NCBI GenBank assembly: GCA_030390025.1
Contig: CM059432.1
Span: 24,492,001-24,556,000, forward strand
Length of the DNA stretch: 64,000 nt
Direction: 5' to 3'
From: Squalus acanthias
Lineage: Eukaryota
Numbering within the stretch: the stretch's first letter is position 1; each line of letters opens with the position of its first letter. The notes beneath the pieces are model-generated. The model searched no databases and had not been told where the DNA came from. It saw only the letters and a list, made by a program, of their open reading frames with translations. The position numbers and the translations under genes were made by a program. Shown one piece after another: positions 48,253 through 61,784 of this stretch.

Positions 48253-49271
48253 AACGGAAAATCTGTCAGAGAGGGAGATGGACCCAGGGGACTCCTACAC
48301 TACCTTCCTAGTTCTTTTACTCTGTCTGGTGGTCACCCATTCCCTGTCTGCCTGTGCACTCTTTACCTGCGGTGTGACCACTTCGTTAAACGTGCTATCC
48401 ACGGAGATCTCAGCTTCGTGGATGCTCCACAGTGACTCCAGCTCCGAAACGCGGATTTCGAGTAGCTGCAGCTGGAGACACTTCCTGCACATGTGTTCGC
48501 CCTGGACACTGAAAGTGTCCCTGACTTCCAACATAGCACAGGAGAAGCACTCCACGCTGCCGAGCTGCCCTGCCATGTCCTAACCTTAACTTACTCCCTT
48601 TACTTCCTTTAAATTAAAGAATATTAAATACACTAGGGACCTTACTTCACTTTAAACACTACTTATTCTAAACTAGAGACCTTACTTTTACTTCAACGAC
48701 TGGACTGTAGAAATACTCACCAGGTCCTACTTACCAATCAGCTCCTTTCCTGGTTGTGAAGTCACTTTAGCGGTTTTGCAGTTGTTGTTTGACTACTCCC
48801 GCTCTCTGACTCTTTCCCAACTCGCAGCACTCCTCTGCAGCGCTCCTTTATGGCCGCTCCGCCTTCTCTCAGGTCCCGCTGCCACTCCCACACAGGTCCG
48901 CCTCCTCTGAATAGATTCCAGGATTTTCCTGATGACTGATGTCAGGCTAACTCGCCTATAGTTCCTGTTTTTCTCTCTCCCTCCTTTATTGAATAGCTGG
49001 GTTACATTTGCTACCTTCCAATCCGCTGGGACCATTCTAGAATCTAGGGATTTTGGAAGATCACAATCAATGCATCCACTATCTCCGCAGCCACCTCGTT
49101 TAGAACCCTAGAATGTAGGCCGTTAGCTCCAGGAAATTGTCCCCTTAGTTACTCAAGTATTTTTTCTCTACTGATATGAATTACTTTACATTCCTCACTC
49201 TTATTAGTCCCTTGGTTCTCCATTATTTTTCGTATGCTTTTTGTGTCTTCTGCTGTGAAGACAGATACAAC

Positions 49272-50029
49272 GGGCTGGATTTTCAATGACCCGTGGAGTC
49301 GGGTTTGGAGGCGTGTGGGGGGTTAAAATAGCGAAAAGTGGCGGGCGGACCTGATCCCGACTCCATTCCGCCTCCACGCAATTTTGACAAAATCAGTCGT
49401 GGGGTTCCCAACTCTGTCCCACCTCCAAGAGGCGGGAGAGGCCATTAAAGCCCTTAACAAGCCCTAAATTGGCTCTGTAATGCCATTTTGAAACGTTTTA
49501 GCGAGTTTAACCCTTTTCCGATGTGAATCACGCCTGATGTGAAACACGCCAGTGAAACCTGGCGGGAGCACAAGTGGATAGCTGACTATCAGCTGCAGGT
49601 CCACTATTACAATGGAGATGTGATGAAGGTAGTAGTATTATTAGGTCTGAAAGTCACCTCTGATGCTGCTGCATTGAATGTCTTCAGAGACTGCCTGGGA
49701 GGACTTGGTTGCAAATAAAATTCTCTCTCTCTCTCTCTCTCTCTCTCTGAGATGCTGCTCATTTTGCATCCAGGTCCTCTCACAGCAAAGGCCAGGCAGT
49801 CTCTGAGACCAGGCAGTCTCTGACCTGCAATGCAGCAGCAATGATGACATCATCAGAGGCGACTTTCAGACTGAAACCACTAATTGGTTCATGGGTTCCC
49901 ACATGCTGGAACTCAATTGCCCAATTAAGTGAAAATTGCATCAATCTCCCACATCCAATTGCAGTCAGGTGGATAACACGAAATGCGGATGACACAACCC
50001 CAACCCGCCCCAGTATCAAAATCCAGCCC
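49272..50029. mobile_element. Harbinger-type MITE
   Basis: Perfect 12-bp TIR gggctggatttt / aaaatccagccc; 3-bp TSD aac; contains (CT)n at ~49722-49748. Confidence 0.88.
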
Positions 50030-50588
50030 AACATATTTGTTTAATGTCTCTGCTATTTCCTTATTCCCCATTATAATTTCACCTGTCTCAGCCTCTCAGG
50101 GACCAATGCTTACTTCTGCTACTCTCTTCCTTTTTACATACTGTAGAAGCTCTTGCAATCTGTTTTTATACTTATTGCTAGTTTACTCTCATATTCTATT
50201 TTCTTCCTTTTAATCAATTTTTTGGTCATCCTTTGCTGTTTTCTAAAGCTCTGCCAATCTTCAGGCTTACTACTATTCTTTGCAACATTAAAAGCCTCTT
50301 CTTTTAATCTAAGACTATCCTTAACTTCTTTAGTTAGCCACAGATCGATCACTTTTCCCACGGAGCTTCTATTTCTCAATGAAATGTATATTCGTTGAGA
50401 ATTTTAGAATATTTCTTTAAATGTTTGCCACTGCTTATATACCATCATACCCTTTAATCTAATTTCCCAATCTACCTTAGCCAACTCACCCCTCAGACCT
50501 ATGTAATTGGCTTTATTTGAGTTTAAGACTCTCGTTTCAAACTTAATTATTTAACGCTCAAAGTCAATGTGAAATTCTATCATATTAC

Positions 50589-53500
50589 ATATGAACATAC
50601 GAATTAGGAGCAGGAGTTGGCCACTTGGCCCTTCGAGCCTGCTCCGCCATTCAATAAAATCATGGCTGATCCGATTACTCCACATTCCTGCCTACCCCCG
50701 ATAACTTTTCAGCCCCTTGCTTACCAAGAATCTAACTACCCCTGCCTTAAAAATATTTAAAGACTGCTTCCACCGCCCTCTGAGGAAGAGAGTTCCAAAG
50801 ACTCACGACCCTCTGTGAGAAAAAAATTCTCCTCATCTCTGTCTTAAATGGGTGAACCCTTATTTTTAAACAGTAACCCCTAGTTCTAGATTCTCCCACA
50901 AGAGGAAACATCCTCTCCACATCCACCCGGTCCAGACCCCTCAGGATCTTATATGTTTCCATCAAGTCACCTCTTACTCTTCTAAACTCCAGCGGATACA
51001 AGCCTAGCCTGTCCAACCTTTCCTCATAAGACAACCAGCCCATTCCAGGTATTAGTCTAGTAAACCTTCTCTGAACTGCTTCCAATGCATTTACAGATTT
51101 TCTTAAATAAGGAAACCATTACTGTACAGAGTACTCCAGATGTGGTCTCACCAATGCCCTGTATAACTGAAGCATAACCTCCCTACTTTTGTATTCAATT
51201 CCCCTCGCAATAAACAATAACATTCTATTAGCTTTCCTAATTACTTGCTGTACCTGCATAGTAACCTTTTGCGATTCATGCACTAGGACACCCAGATCCC
51301 TCTGCATCTCAGAGCTCTGCAATTTCTCACCATTTAGATAATATGCTTCTTTTTTATTCTTCCTGCCAAAATGGACAACTTCACATTTTCCCACATTATA
51401 CTCCATTTGCCAGATCTTTGCCCACTCACTTAACTTATCTATATCCCTTCGTAGCTTCCTTATGTCCTCTTCACAATTTACTTTCTTACCTATCTTTATG
51501 TCATCAGCAAATTTAGCAATCATACCTTCGGTCCCTTCATCCAAGTCATTTATATAAATTGTAAAAAGTTGAGGCCCCAGCACACCACTCGTTACATCTT
51601 GCCAATCAGAAAATGACCCATTTATGCCTACTCTCTGTTTCCTGTTAGCTAGCCAATCTTCTATCCATGCCAATATGTTACCCCCTACACCATGAGCTTT
51701 TATTTTCTGCAATAACCTTTGATGTGGCACCTTATCAAATGCCTTCTGGAAATCTAAGTACGGTACATCCACCGGTTCCCCTTTATCCACAGCACATGTT
51801 ACTTCCTCAAAGCACTCCAATAAATTGGTTAAACATGATTTCCCTTGCACAAAACCATGTTGACTCTGCCTGATTACTTTGAAGTTTTCTAAGTGCCCTG
51901 CTATCACGTCTTTAATAATAGCTTCTAACATCTATTTGCGCTATCAGTTCATCTGTTTTGTTTCAAATGCTACGTGCATTCAGATGCAGAGCCTTTAGTT
52001 TTGTCCTTTTATTATTTTTGTAACCTCTAGCCTTATCTGTTGATTTACTCTTAGATTTGTACTCTCTATCCCTTCCTGTCACAGTCTGTTTATCATTTCC
52101 CATATTAATACCTTTCTCGATTGCCTTGTCTCTAATCTTTGAATTACCACATCTTCCCAAATTTGATCCCATGCCCCCAATATTTCGTTTAAAGCCCTCT
52201 CTACCGCCCTAGTTATACGACTCGCCAGAACACTGGTCCCAGCATGGTTCAGGTGAAGACCGTCGCAACGATACAGATCCCACTTTCCCCAGTACTGGTG
52301 CCAGTGCCCCAGGAATTGAAACCCATTTCTCTCACACCAGTCTTTGCGCCACGTGTTCATCTCTCTAATTTTATTTACCCTATGCCAATTTGCTCATGGC
52401 TCAGTTAATAATGCAGACATTATTACCCTTGAGGTTCTGCTTTTTAATTTAGCCCCTAGCTGCTCATAGTCTCTCAGCAGAGCTTCTTTCCTAGTTCTAC
52501 CTATGTCGTTGGTACCTACATGGACCATGACCACTGGCTCCTCCCTCTTCCACTGCAAGTTCCTCTCCAGCCCAGAGCAGATGTCCCGAACCCTGGCAGA
52601 CAACACAGCTGTCTGGACTCTCACTCTTGGCCGCAGAGAACTGTATCTATCCCCCTGACTATGCTGTCCCCAATTACCACTACATTCCTATTAACTCCTC
52701 CCGCTTGAATGGCTTCCTGTACCTCGGTGCCATGGTCAGTTTGCTCATCCACCCTGCAGCCACCGCTTTCATCCATAAAGGCCGCAAGAACCTCAAACCT
52801 GTTGGACAATTGCAAAGGCTGAGGCTCCTCCACCTCCTGGGTTCCCATACATGCCTCACTCGCAGTCACATCCTCCTGTCCCTGACCACTGACCAAATCA
52901 GAAGACCCTATCCTAAGGGGTGTGACTGCCTCCTGGAATAAAGTGTCCAGGTAACATTCCCCCTCCCTGATGCATCGCAGTGTCCGCAGCTCGGCCTCCA
53001 GCTCATCAACTCTGAGCCGAAGCTCCTCAAGCCGCAGACACTTACCGCAGACGTGTTCGTCCTGGATCACACTGGCGTCCAGGAGCTCCCACATACTGCA
53101 GTCGCAACACATCACCTGCCCTGCCATCTTTATTGAGTCTTAATTTATTTATTTTTATTAAATAAACCCTACTACACCTAATAAGATTTATTACTGCTAG
53201 TAAACTAGTACTAATGAAACCTTGCAATTACTAACACATTTCCTGGGCTTTAAAAGATAAGGGAAGTGAGCAAAATACTCACCAACCAATCACTTATCCT
53301 TTTCCCTGTGATGTCACCTTTTATTGTTCTCCAAATGCGGTTGGGGGGTGTCACAGAACCGAACTCCCGCTGGTTCTCTGTCCCCTCTTGTTCAGCTTTT
53401 TAACTCCTGCTCTCCTGGAAGCTGACAAAGATAGAAAAAGAAAGGAACACCTCCCTCCCCGATCCCGCTCTCACCAAACTCGCAGCTTTACACTCTGTTC

Positions 53501-53825
53501 TGAGCTGCACTCTGTGACAAACTGCACTCTAGCCTCCCTTATTTATACTGCTGAGATTTAAATAAGTGAGCTCTCTGGCAGTTACAGAACCAGATTAGAC
53601 CAGTTAATTAATTAATTACACTCACCTGCTCTCCAGCACAGATCTTGCTTAGCCCTGCCCAAGCCTGGAAGAAACTTAAAACTTGAAACAGTAAATTTAA
53701 ATTTAAGTTAAATGCTAATTGCAAGCACACAAGACTAGATTTTATAAAAATGAGATTAACCATTAAGATTCACTCCCTCACTCACCAAACTCGCAGCTTT
53801 ACACTCTGTTCCGAGCTGCACTTTG
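50589..53825 (-). mobile_element. CR1 (CR1-C) with intact 5' end and a large internal ORF2 deletion
   Basis: ORF1 from 53127 (MAGQVMCCDCSMW..GDSIVRG); ORF2 start LHLNARSI joined directly to RT at ~51931. Confidence 0.88.
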
Positions 53826-56800
53826 TTTTGATCACTCTTCCCCAGAGGATCCTTTACTATGAGATTACTAATTAACCCTATCTCATTACACAATACAAGA
53901 TCTAAAATAGTCTGTTCCCTGGTTGGTTCCATGACATATTGTTCTAGGAAACTGTCTCAAAATGTATTCCATGAACTCGTCCTCCAGACTACCTTTACCA
54001 AGGGGTAAATGGGTAAGAATATTCCACCTTCCCAGCGGAAGCAAGAAAGAAGGCTGCCTATGGCTGTAGAGCAATGAGACCCAGAACTCATGGATAAATG
54101 CCTGAAAAAGATGTTTGAGAAACATCGTAACTACGTGTAGGCTTCGAAGTGAATCTTCTAGGATATGCCGCAACTGCGAGTTCACAGTTCTCATTTGCGA
54201 CAACATCATTTTACTCCATTGCAGGCATCAATGGCAGCATCATCAGAATCTGCAGCAGATCTGCAATGGCCAGGGACTAGTTGTGCCTCTACCACAATTT
54301 TGATGGTAATAGGGAAGGGAATAGACTGAACCCTGAATAGCAGTTTTCAGACCACAATGGCCACGATGCATGCTGATGTGTCTCAAGGCTATCAGGATCT
54401 GATAGCTGCCATTCTTCCAATCAGTGAAGACACAGATCCAGGGCCCAGTGCAATGGTGATGGGTTTAGTCAATTCGTTTGATTCTGCCATTACTCAGGAT
54501 TACATGCCAAGCCTCCAGCCTTCCTGCTCAGTGCAGCACATCAGTGGAACATGGGAGGCTACACCAGATTGCTCAGTAACAAGCTCCAGAGATGAAGCCA
54601 GAAGTAACTTCCTGCCAAGAGTAAGCCACCATAAGAGAAGGGCCACCTCAGTCCCATGACCCTTTTGTAGAGCATGAGCAGGTAACCACCTCTCTTGGTA
54701 CTGACCCTCAAGTTGCACCTAGGAGAAACACTAGAAGGGTTATCGAAAGCCATGTGAAGGTATCCAGGGAAGCATGGTGTTAGAAAAGAATAGGTTGGCT
54801 TGTGTACACTTTGGACTTCATTGTAAGAAAATAGAGTGCTCAGCGACATTGCTCTTTGTTATTTATGGAGAATGCATTGATTTGGTGCTGACTTATTCAT
54901 TCAGGTGATGATTATTGGCATACTCAAGTTGGAACAAAAAGGACTGATGTGTTGTTATGTTGTATGATTGGTCATGGATTGAGAGAATGTCAATGGCCCG
55001 GAATTTGCAGTTGTAATGATGGCAAAACTGTCAGCGCTGGCCATCATTGCTGTGTGAAACTGACAGCAAACTCTGGTGTCTGCACATGTGCAGTTAATCA
55101 TGGAAATACAGAAGTTGCTGTCAGTATACCCTGCTCCTCCACAGGGTGTGGTGTTGCAGTTCTCACAGATGGAATTCATTAGAAATCACTGAATTGACAT
55201 GAACTTAACTTTTTACGCACTATTCTCGCTGTAAAAACCCTTGAAAAACTTAAGCCTTGTTGAATTATGTGTAACTGAGTGTTTATCGCCGGACTAAGTC
55301 ACAATTACTGCTGAACAACCTCTCTGGCCCTGAAAAAATAGTTTTATATTGTGGAATGTCATTTTCTCCATTCTGTGATAAAAAAAATTCCATATAGTTT
55401 TAAAATAATAAAAATTAGTTGATTATTTTATTTTTTAAGTTTGCTTATGATATTTCAGCTTGCACCTTAATCTCATGTGTATGTCCCAATCCTTATTTTG
55501 CTTTCTGTGAAAGTATTAAAAAGTGAATGATAAAACCTGCTGAAAAATGGAAATTGATGCCGCAGAGCCCGCTAAATGTTTGTGGGCAACTTTCTTCGAG
55601 GTCAGCGACAAGCACTGTCCCTTCGCTGCTGACCGTAAGATCCGGGCTATTATCTATGTGCGCAGGAGGTAAGTGGGCTTTGTCACCCAGAAGCCACCCG
55701 TTGACCTATTTTTCTTCCCTCAAGAGGTCAGGCACCGGGCCAAATTTCGAAGGATGTATGCATCATGACAACTTGGAGTAAGTCGGAGGTTGGGACAAAC
55801 AATGGCTTAATGGCGGGAAACTGCCAGAAATGGCTTCTACCCGATTTTCCCATTACAAAAATGTAGTTGCTCCAATTGTACATTGCAAATACGATGAAAA
55901 TGAAAAGTATATTCATCCCCCACATTTTCAATTTATCGCATTTACCCCCCCTCCCCCTACCATGAGTAAATACATAGAAATAACCCTACATCATATAGAA
56001 CAATTATACTATTGTATAGAGTCATGTAGCTCAGGAAGGGAGATTGCTGGAATTGTTCTAACTGGTCTGAGAAATATCTGGAGCATATTTTAATTCTTAC
56101 CAGAATATTATAGAATTGTCTAAAAGTAAAATAAATAACTGAACAGCTTTTTACAAATTGAGCCAATAGTAAATAGTAGCTAAAAAAACATATTGTAAGT
56201 CACGGTTCATCACCATGTGCTTCTGCGAGCTTTAATAAATTACAAAGGTGTTGTGTCGTGCCCTTCATGCAGTGTGTAAGATGCACATATAGATCGAAGC
56301 TTCCTACTCATCTCAGTGAGCACACAGCACAGATTTATGCGATTGGATCTGAGCTAATTATTTTTTATTTTTTCAAATCAAGTCATAGCCCATCTTCAAG
56401 ATTGTAAAAATTATCTGCTTATTTGGCAGCCGATGCTTTAAGAAGATTGACTACTTGACGACCACTTGCTATTGCTGTGTTATGTTTAAAACCAATTATC
56501 ATTTGTCTCCATGAACGCTCACAGGCAGCATAACTAAAATTTGCCAAATCGTTCTTCTGTCATGTTGTTACATATTTCCTATCCATCTGCCAGCCAACAT
56601 TTAGCTGTTATTTAGTTGGAAGGAAGTGCTGTTGCTGCTACCAGGTGTTGGTTTTATTTATTTGTGCACAAAAAAGAAGTGCATTAATTGGATGAGGAGT
56701 GTTAGATCACATGTCAAAGTGAAATTATTAGACTATTTTACGACTCCCAGTCACTCAGTTGGCAAGCATAATGCTCAGTGAAGAACTAAACTATTCAGAC

Positions 56801-57399
56801 CAGGTTTATTCCCCAGTCTGTGCTGAGTTAGCAGGGAACTACAATTATGATTAGCGCTCTCAGCTGGAAAGAGAGTAAAAAAAGTCATGGTTTCCAGTCC
56901 TGATGATCATCAGTGACTCTTGCTGGAATGTGTGGATACTGGGGGAGTCCCCAGCCACCCAATTCTAATATATGATAATAAGGGCCAGGGCCATGGCAGC
57001 CCCAGATTTTCCATATCGATGCTCATAATGCATTAGCGGTAAGTTAGATTAAGGTACAGCTGTTATCAAAATCATTTGCGTCTGGTGGAAGTGAGGAGTT
57101 TTTGAGGCGGAAGATTGCTGAAAGTTTAGTGATTACTGCAGCTGGCAATGTCTCTCATGGAGTGATTTTTTTTGTATTCAGCCTACGCAGCCTTAGACTT
57201 GGTTCTGACGCCCTGTAGGAGTGTGAGGCCACCAAAAGATTGTGACCCCCTCCGCACCGTGAGGACCTCTCAGGAACAGGGAAGGCATTCCATAGGGGCA
57301 TCTTTGCAAGCCAATATTGTGAAGGAGGAGCAGGAGAGGATAGAGGAAAGAAGAGGGCAGCATAATTTAAAGATGATGCAACTCACTAGTTATTACATC

Positions 57400-57595
57400 T
57401 CCCAAGAGCACATGTATTAGCAAAGTGGGCTTCACTAAAGAGGCAATAGGAGAGTTCTGCCACCTACCGTATGAGGGCTTGCATTCACGGTCTTCCGCCC
57501 ATACTGCTCTGTCTGTGCTTATGGAGGTCACAACTGCACTCAACCTTTATGGTGCCAGGTTATTTCAGGCAGCATCTGATGAAAACTGCAGCCAA
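57400..57595 (+). pseudogene. Harbinger transposase N-terminal remnant
   Basis: FTKEAIGEFCHL..TALSVLMEVTTALNLYGARLFQAASDE resembles HARBI1-like ALxFYASGSFQ region. Confidence 0.65.
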
Positions 57596-57659
57596 GATAA
57601 AGACTACGATCAACTTAATCCACAAATTAGCTGGGACCAGCTGAGGAGCAGATGCATTT

Positions 57660-57880
57660 TTAAAAAAATTAATTCTCGGGATGTGGGCATCACTGGTGAA
57701 GCCAGCATTTATTGCCCATTCCTAGTTACCCTGAGAAGGTGGTGATACAACTTAATGGCTTGCTAGGCCACTTCAGAGGGCAGTTAAGCATCAACCATGT
57801 TGTGGGAGTGGAGACACATATAGGCCAGACTGGGTCAGGATGCCAGGTTCCTTCCCTAAAGGACATTAGTGAACCAGTTT
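57660..57880 (-). mobile_element. Partial SINE (31234 family)
   Basis: Reverse complement of the SINE body and tail. Confidence 0.75.
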
Positions 57881-58234
57881 GGACTTCCAGCATATCTTAT
57901 GTTGATGTGCACCATTCTTAATCTGTACAGTCAGGGAATGGAAGCCCTTTCTGTTGAGGAAGCTGAGGGGGTTGACTGTAGAAGCTCACAAAGAAATGTG
58001 TGTGCCATCTATTGCACCGTGGGCCTTGGGAAAGCTAGTAATGGCATAAAACTGTGTGACCCTATCTTGCTGCTGCCTTGCTGTGATGACAAAGCTAATA
58101 AATTTCCCAGCTCTCCAGTAAAGTGAGTCAGTGGTCTGATTAGAATGCATGTCCATACTGCAACCTGACTGATACTACTGGATACCCCATGGTTGTCTGA
58201 AATCTTCTTTCGTATGGCATCTTGAAAAGCAACG

Positions 58235-58885
58235 TTAAATGTCAACGTCCAAGTTCGTCATCCAATCTGTGGCCTCTGGTGATATGGAGTGAATAGATGC
58301 TATAGTACAAGGGTGTGATCTTAGCGAGCAATGGTTCAGAAGAGGCTCCATGGTTTGGATAGCCTCTCCACAATCGCACATCGTGCTATCCTTCATCTTC
58401 CATTTATGTAGTAGGAAGTTACAGCGCCCAACTGAAGTTCTGATGGGGTTTGCAGTGACCCATATTTTAAATGGCACGGTGATGCCGGATGGTCCATGAT
58501 CAGGTCCTGATTCTTGATCCCATTGGTTTCCCACATCCTCCGTTATTTATCTTTAGATGAAAGTACTGAGCTTTTGAGAGTTTTGGTCGCCAACCAGAAG
58601 GGGTTCCTAGACTTATGGCAGCATGTTGGGAGGTTCTGGAGATATTCATTAATAGGCAGATCTGAGTTTGCTAGGGCCTGGTTTTATTCTCTGATTATTG
58701 CTGCTTCTCTCCTGAGAGGTGGTGGTAAGATATGTGCGAGGACAGGGAGCTAGAGTATCAGTGTTGGTTTAAGTACTCCTATAATGATTCTCATAGTTGC
58801 ACATCAACAAAATTTGTGTGTAAACTTCCTTCCCATGCTGGTGTGCAATATTTAGCCACTGAAAAGACGAGGGCCAAGGTACCTG
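58235..58885 (-). mobile_element. Vingi/Ingi-like LINE 3' fragment
   Basis: IRTSVGRCNFLLHKWKMKDSTMCDCGEAIQTMEPLLNHC (C-terminal CCHC-like); LALVFSVAKYCTPAW upstream. Confidence 0.65.
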
Positions 58886-58900
58886 TCCACATTGGGTAAT

Positions 58901-59660
58901 TGGGCATGGTAGTATAGTGGTTATGTTACTCAACTAGTAACCTAGAGGCCTCGACGATTAATCCAGAGAATGCAAATTCAACTCCCACCATTGTAGTTTA
59001 AACATTTTAATTCAGTTTAAAAAATCTGGAAATATAAAGCTGGTACCAGTAAAAGTGATCATGAAGCTATTTTTTTCTTGTAAAACATTCTGGTTCACCG
59101 ATGTCCTTTAGGGAAGGAAACCTGCTGTCCTTACCCAGTGTGGCCTATATGTGACTCCAGTCCACACCAATGTAGTTGACTCTTACCTGCTCTCTGAAGT
59201 GGCCGAGCAAACCACTTCGTTGTATCATAGAAACATAGAAACATAGAAGATAGGAGCAGGAGTAGGCCATTCGGCCCCTCGAGCCTGCTCCGCCATTCGA
59301 TGAGATCATGGCTGATCATCCAAACTCAGTACCCTGTACCTGCCTTTTCCCCATATCCCTTGATACCTTTATCTTTAAGAAATATATCTAACTCATTTTT
59401 GAATATATTTAATGACTTGGCTTCAACTACCTTCTGTGGTAGAGAATTCCACAGGTTCACCACTCTCTGGGTGAAGAAATTCTTCCTCATTTCTGTCCTA
59501 AATGGCTTACCCCTTATCCTTAGATTATGACCCCTGGTTCTGGACTCTCCGACCATCAATCCGACCAGCGTATCAATCCGCTTCTCAGGGAAACTAGAGA
59601 TGGGCAATAAATGACAGCCTTGTCATCGGTCCACACATTCCCAGAATGAATAACAAAAAA
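58901..59660 (+). mobile_element. SINE (31234 family) interrupted by a minus-strand CR1 3' fragment (59228-59569)
   Basis: TSD gtatca at 59222-59227 and 59570-59575; CR1 tail (TTTCTATG)n. Confidence 0.8.
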
Positions 59661-60319
59661 AGGAAGAAGTTCTCTTCTCCTCTTCATCATCATCATCTTC
59701 CTCCTCTCTGCCATACTTTGTCCCCTGTTGCTGTGGTCGGACTACAGAAAAAGAGGATACACGCTAAGAATGGGCGAGCTTTACACCTTTGGGACTAAGG
59801 AGACAGAGAAGGAGATGGAAGATTATGGTTGCGTGCTGCTTCACAAGGATGCCGTAGTGACTGTAGGATTGCAGCCACTAACCTGGTGCCGGCACTGTTG
59901 TCCCAAACCTCGTCATCTCCCATGATAAAAGCAGGGTGGCTCCCCATCAGGTCCAGGGTCTGTCACCCATTAGAGAGTGAGTTCCTTGAGGTTGGGGATG
60001 CTCCCCCTGGTGCGCTGCTTCTCATGGGTATTGTGTACAAGTTTCCTCTGCAACAATATTGAGTGAATTAGGTTAGGTCTGTCTCCCCTATGACATTAGA
60101 TAACTGTGGAGAACTCCGTGGTATTACCCTATGGAAGTAGAGGATGGAATTTTAAAGTTGTGTATGCCTTCGATGTGATGGCTACTCATACTGTAAGGTT
60201 TCTAATTTCTGCCCCCTTTAATTAGAGTGCAATGTGAAGGTTTAGTTGTGCAAGTCTGGATTTTAGAGAGTGAAAAGTGTTATTGGTGCCCACAGTTTTC
60301 CAGGAAGAAAAGAGGTCTG

Positions 60320-60545
60320 TTACTTTGCCTGCCATGGTTAGGTTACTGAACTTCCTGCTGTTCTGGTATTCATGGGGTGAGACAGTTGGCAGTGCCACCT
60401 CCCTCCACATGGCCCTGGAGACATTTTTTTTGAGGCTTCCTGCCATGCAGACCCAGCGGTCTATCTCTTCTGTGTTCTATCTCCTTGAGGATTTGGAGGT
60501 CAGTCTCACCGAAGCTGTGAGCTTATTTTTGTTCCTCCTTGACAT
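60320..60545 (-). pseudogene. Harbinger Myb/SANT-like remnant
   Basis: SFGETDLQILKEIEHRRD..AMWREVA..RKFSNLTMAGK followed by |gtaac donor. Confidence 0.5.
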
Positions 60546-61784
60546 ACCGTTGTCCCTTTTTAAAATTTGTTTCGGCCAGGTCCTCCAGTGGATGACATTC
60601 CTGAAAAGTGGGACAGAAACACAGATGAGCCATCCAGTGCAGCGACCTAATAGTGACCTCAGTGATCCAACACTTTGCTGCTTGCCTGCTGCGAACCCTG
60701 CTTGCCGCTGCAATCTTCAGCCAGACTTGGCTTCTAAAGGCTACACACTCATTTTCAAGTTACTCCCATTTTAATCGGGATTGACACTGGCCAATCTCCA
60801 ATGGACATGCAAATATGCAGACCCTGGAAATTTTTGTGGATTCAGCTCTGCAGAGCATCAGTGGTCGCAACTTTTGACTCCTTGGCACAAATCTGGTGCA
60901 ACTCACTGCATGGAATTTCAGGGCCATGGACTCTATTGCACCTAGTTAACCTTCCACTTTTCAAAAATACTCTGTAATACCCAAAGTATCATGATTAGTT
61001 CACTTGAAGAAGATCTTTTGGGCTCATTTGCTCTCATCCAACTTTACCCTATTTTCATTACCTTTTTTTAATAAGTACCTATCTGAACAGACCTTGCTTA
61101 ATGTCTCACTTTAAGGGTGAAAATGCAGCACTTCCTAGTTACTGCCTTAGAGGTGTCAGTCTAGCTCATGCACCTAAATCCTGGTATGGGGCTCAAAACC
61201 ATAGAATGCAACCAAAAGAGTAAAACTGATATTTCCTTGAGCCGATCTGACTAGACTACTGACGATAGAAATCAAGTGAGACTCCAGAATATTTGACCAT
61301 TCCTCCCCCTGGCCCCAGCTGTGCAGTCATCATATTCCATTTGATCATCTCACTCTTTAATTACCTCTGTAGCCTTCAATTCTGTTGCTAGCCAAGTATT
61401 GATTCAGCTTTTGCAAGAGTTAATGGACACACCACTAATTGTTTTTGCACAGAGTCAGTTTTCACAATGCTGTGAAAAAAAAATCTTCTAATATTGAGTT
61501 CCACTTGAGGCTTTTTAATAATATTATACTATCAACCTTTAGTTCATTAATGGAGACAATACCATTTACCCTGAAGTCAGCAATCAATTTTGAAAAGTTA
61601 TGAATTTCCAAACCATAGATATAAAGATTTTACAAAGTTATTTCTAGGTCACTGCAGACTAAGAATGTATTAAGGACTACCTGAGGAAAGATTCACCATC
61701 CTTTCTTATTTAATAAGAATGTGCAAGAACCTGCAGACCCACAACATTAGCACAGTTATAGGTATGTTTAGGCGGGCTTAAATA

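Larger units (their letters stand above)
42270..48909 (-). mobile_element. Full-length CR1 (CR1-B) nested in CR1-A
   Basis: TSD aataga at 42264-42269 and 48910-48915; ORF1 from 48576 (SGNH core deleted); ORF2 fragments incl. 433-aa RT ORF; (CTATGACT)n tail. Confidence 0.92.
40223..54001 (-). mobile_element. Outer CR1 (CR1-A) in five pieces: 40223-40816, 41557-42269, 48910-49271, 50030-50588, 53829-54001
   Basis: The pieces join collinearly into ORF2 from the EN SDH region to the 3' tail once the nested inserts are removed. Confidence 0.85.

Noticed and set aside
57400..57595. Domesticated HARBI1/NAIF1/TIGD host genes (also 2960, 34029, 62821)
   Set aside because: All carry stops, frameshifts, deletions or TIRs typical of dead transposons, so no gene symbols were assigned
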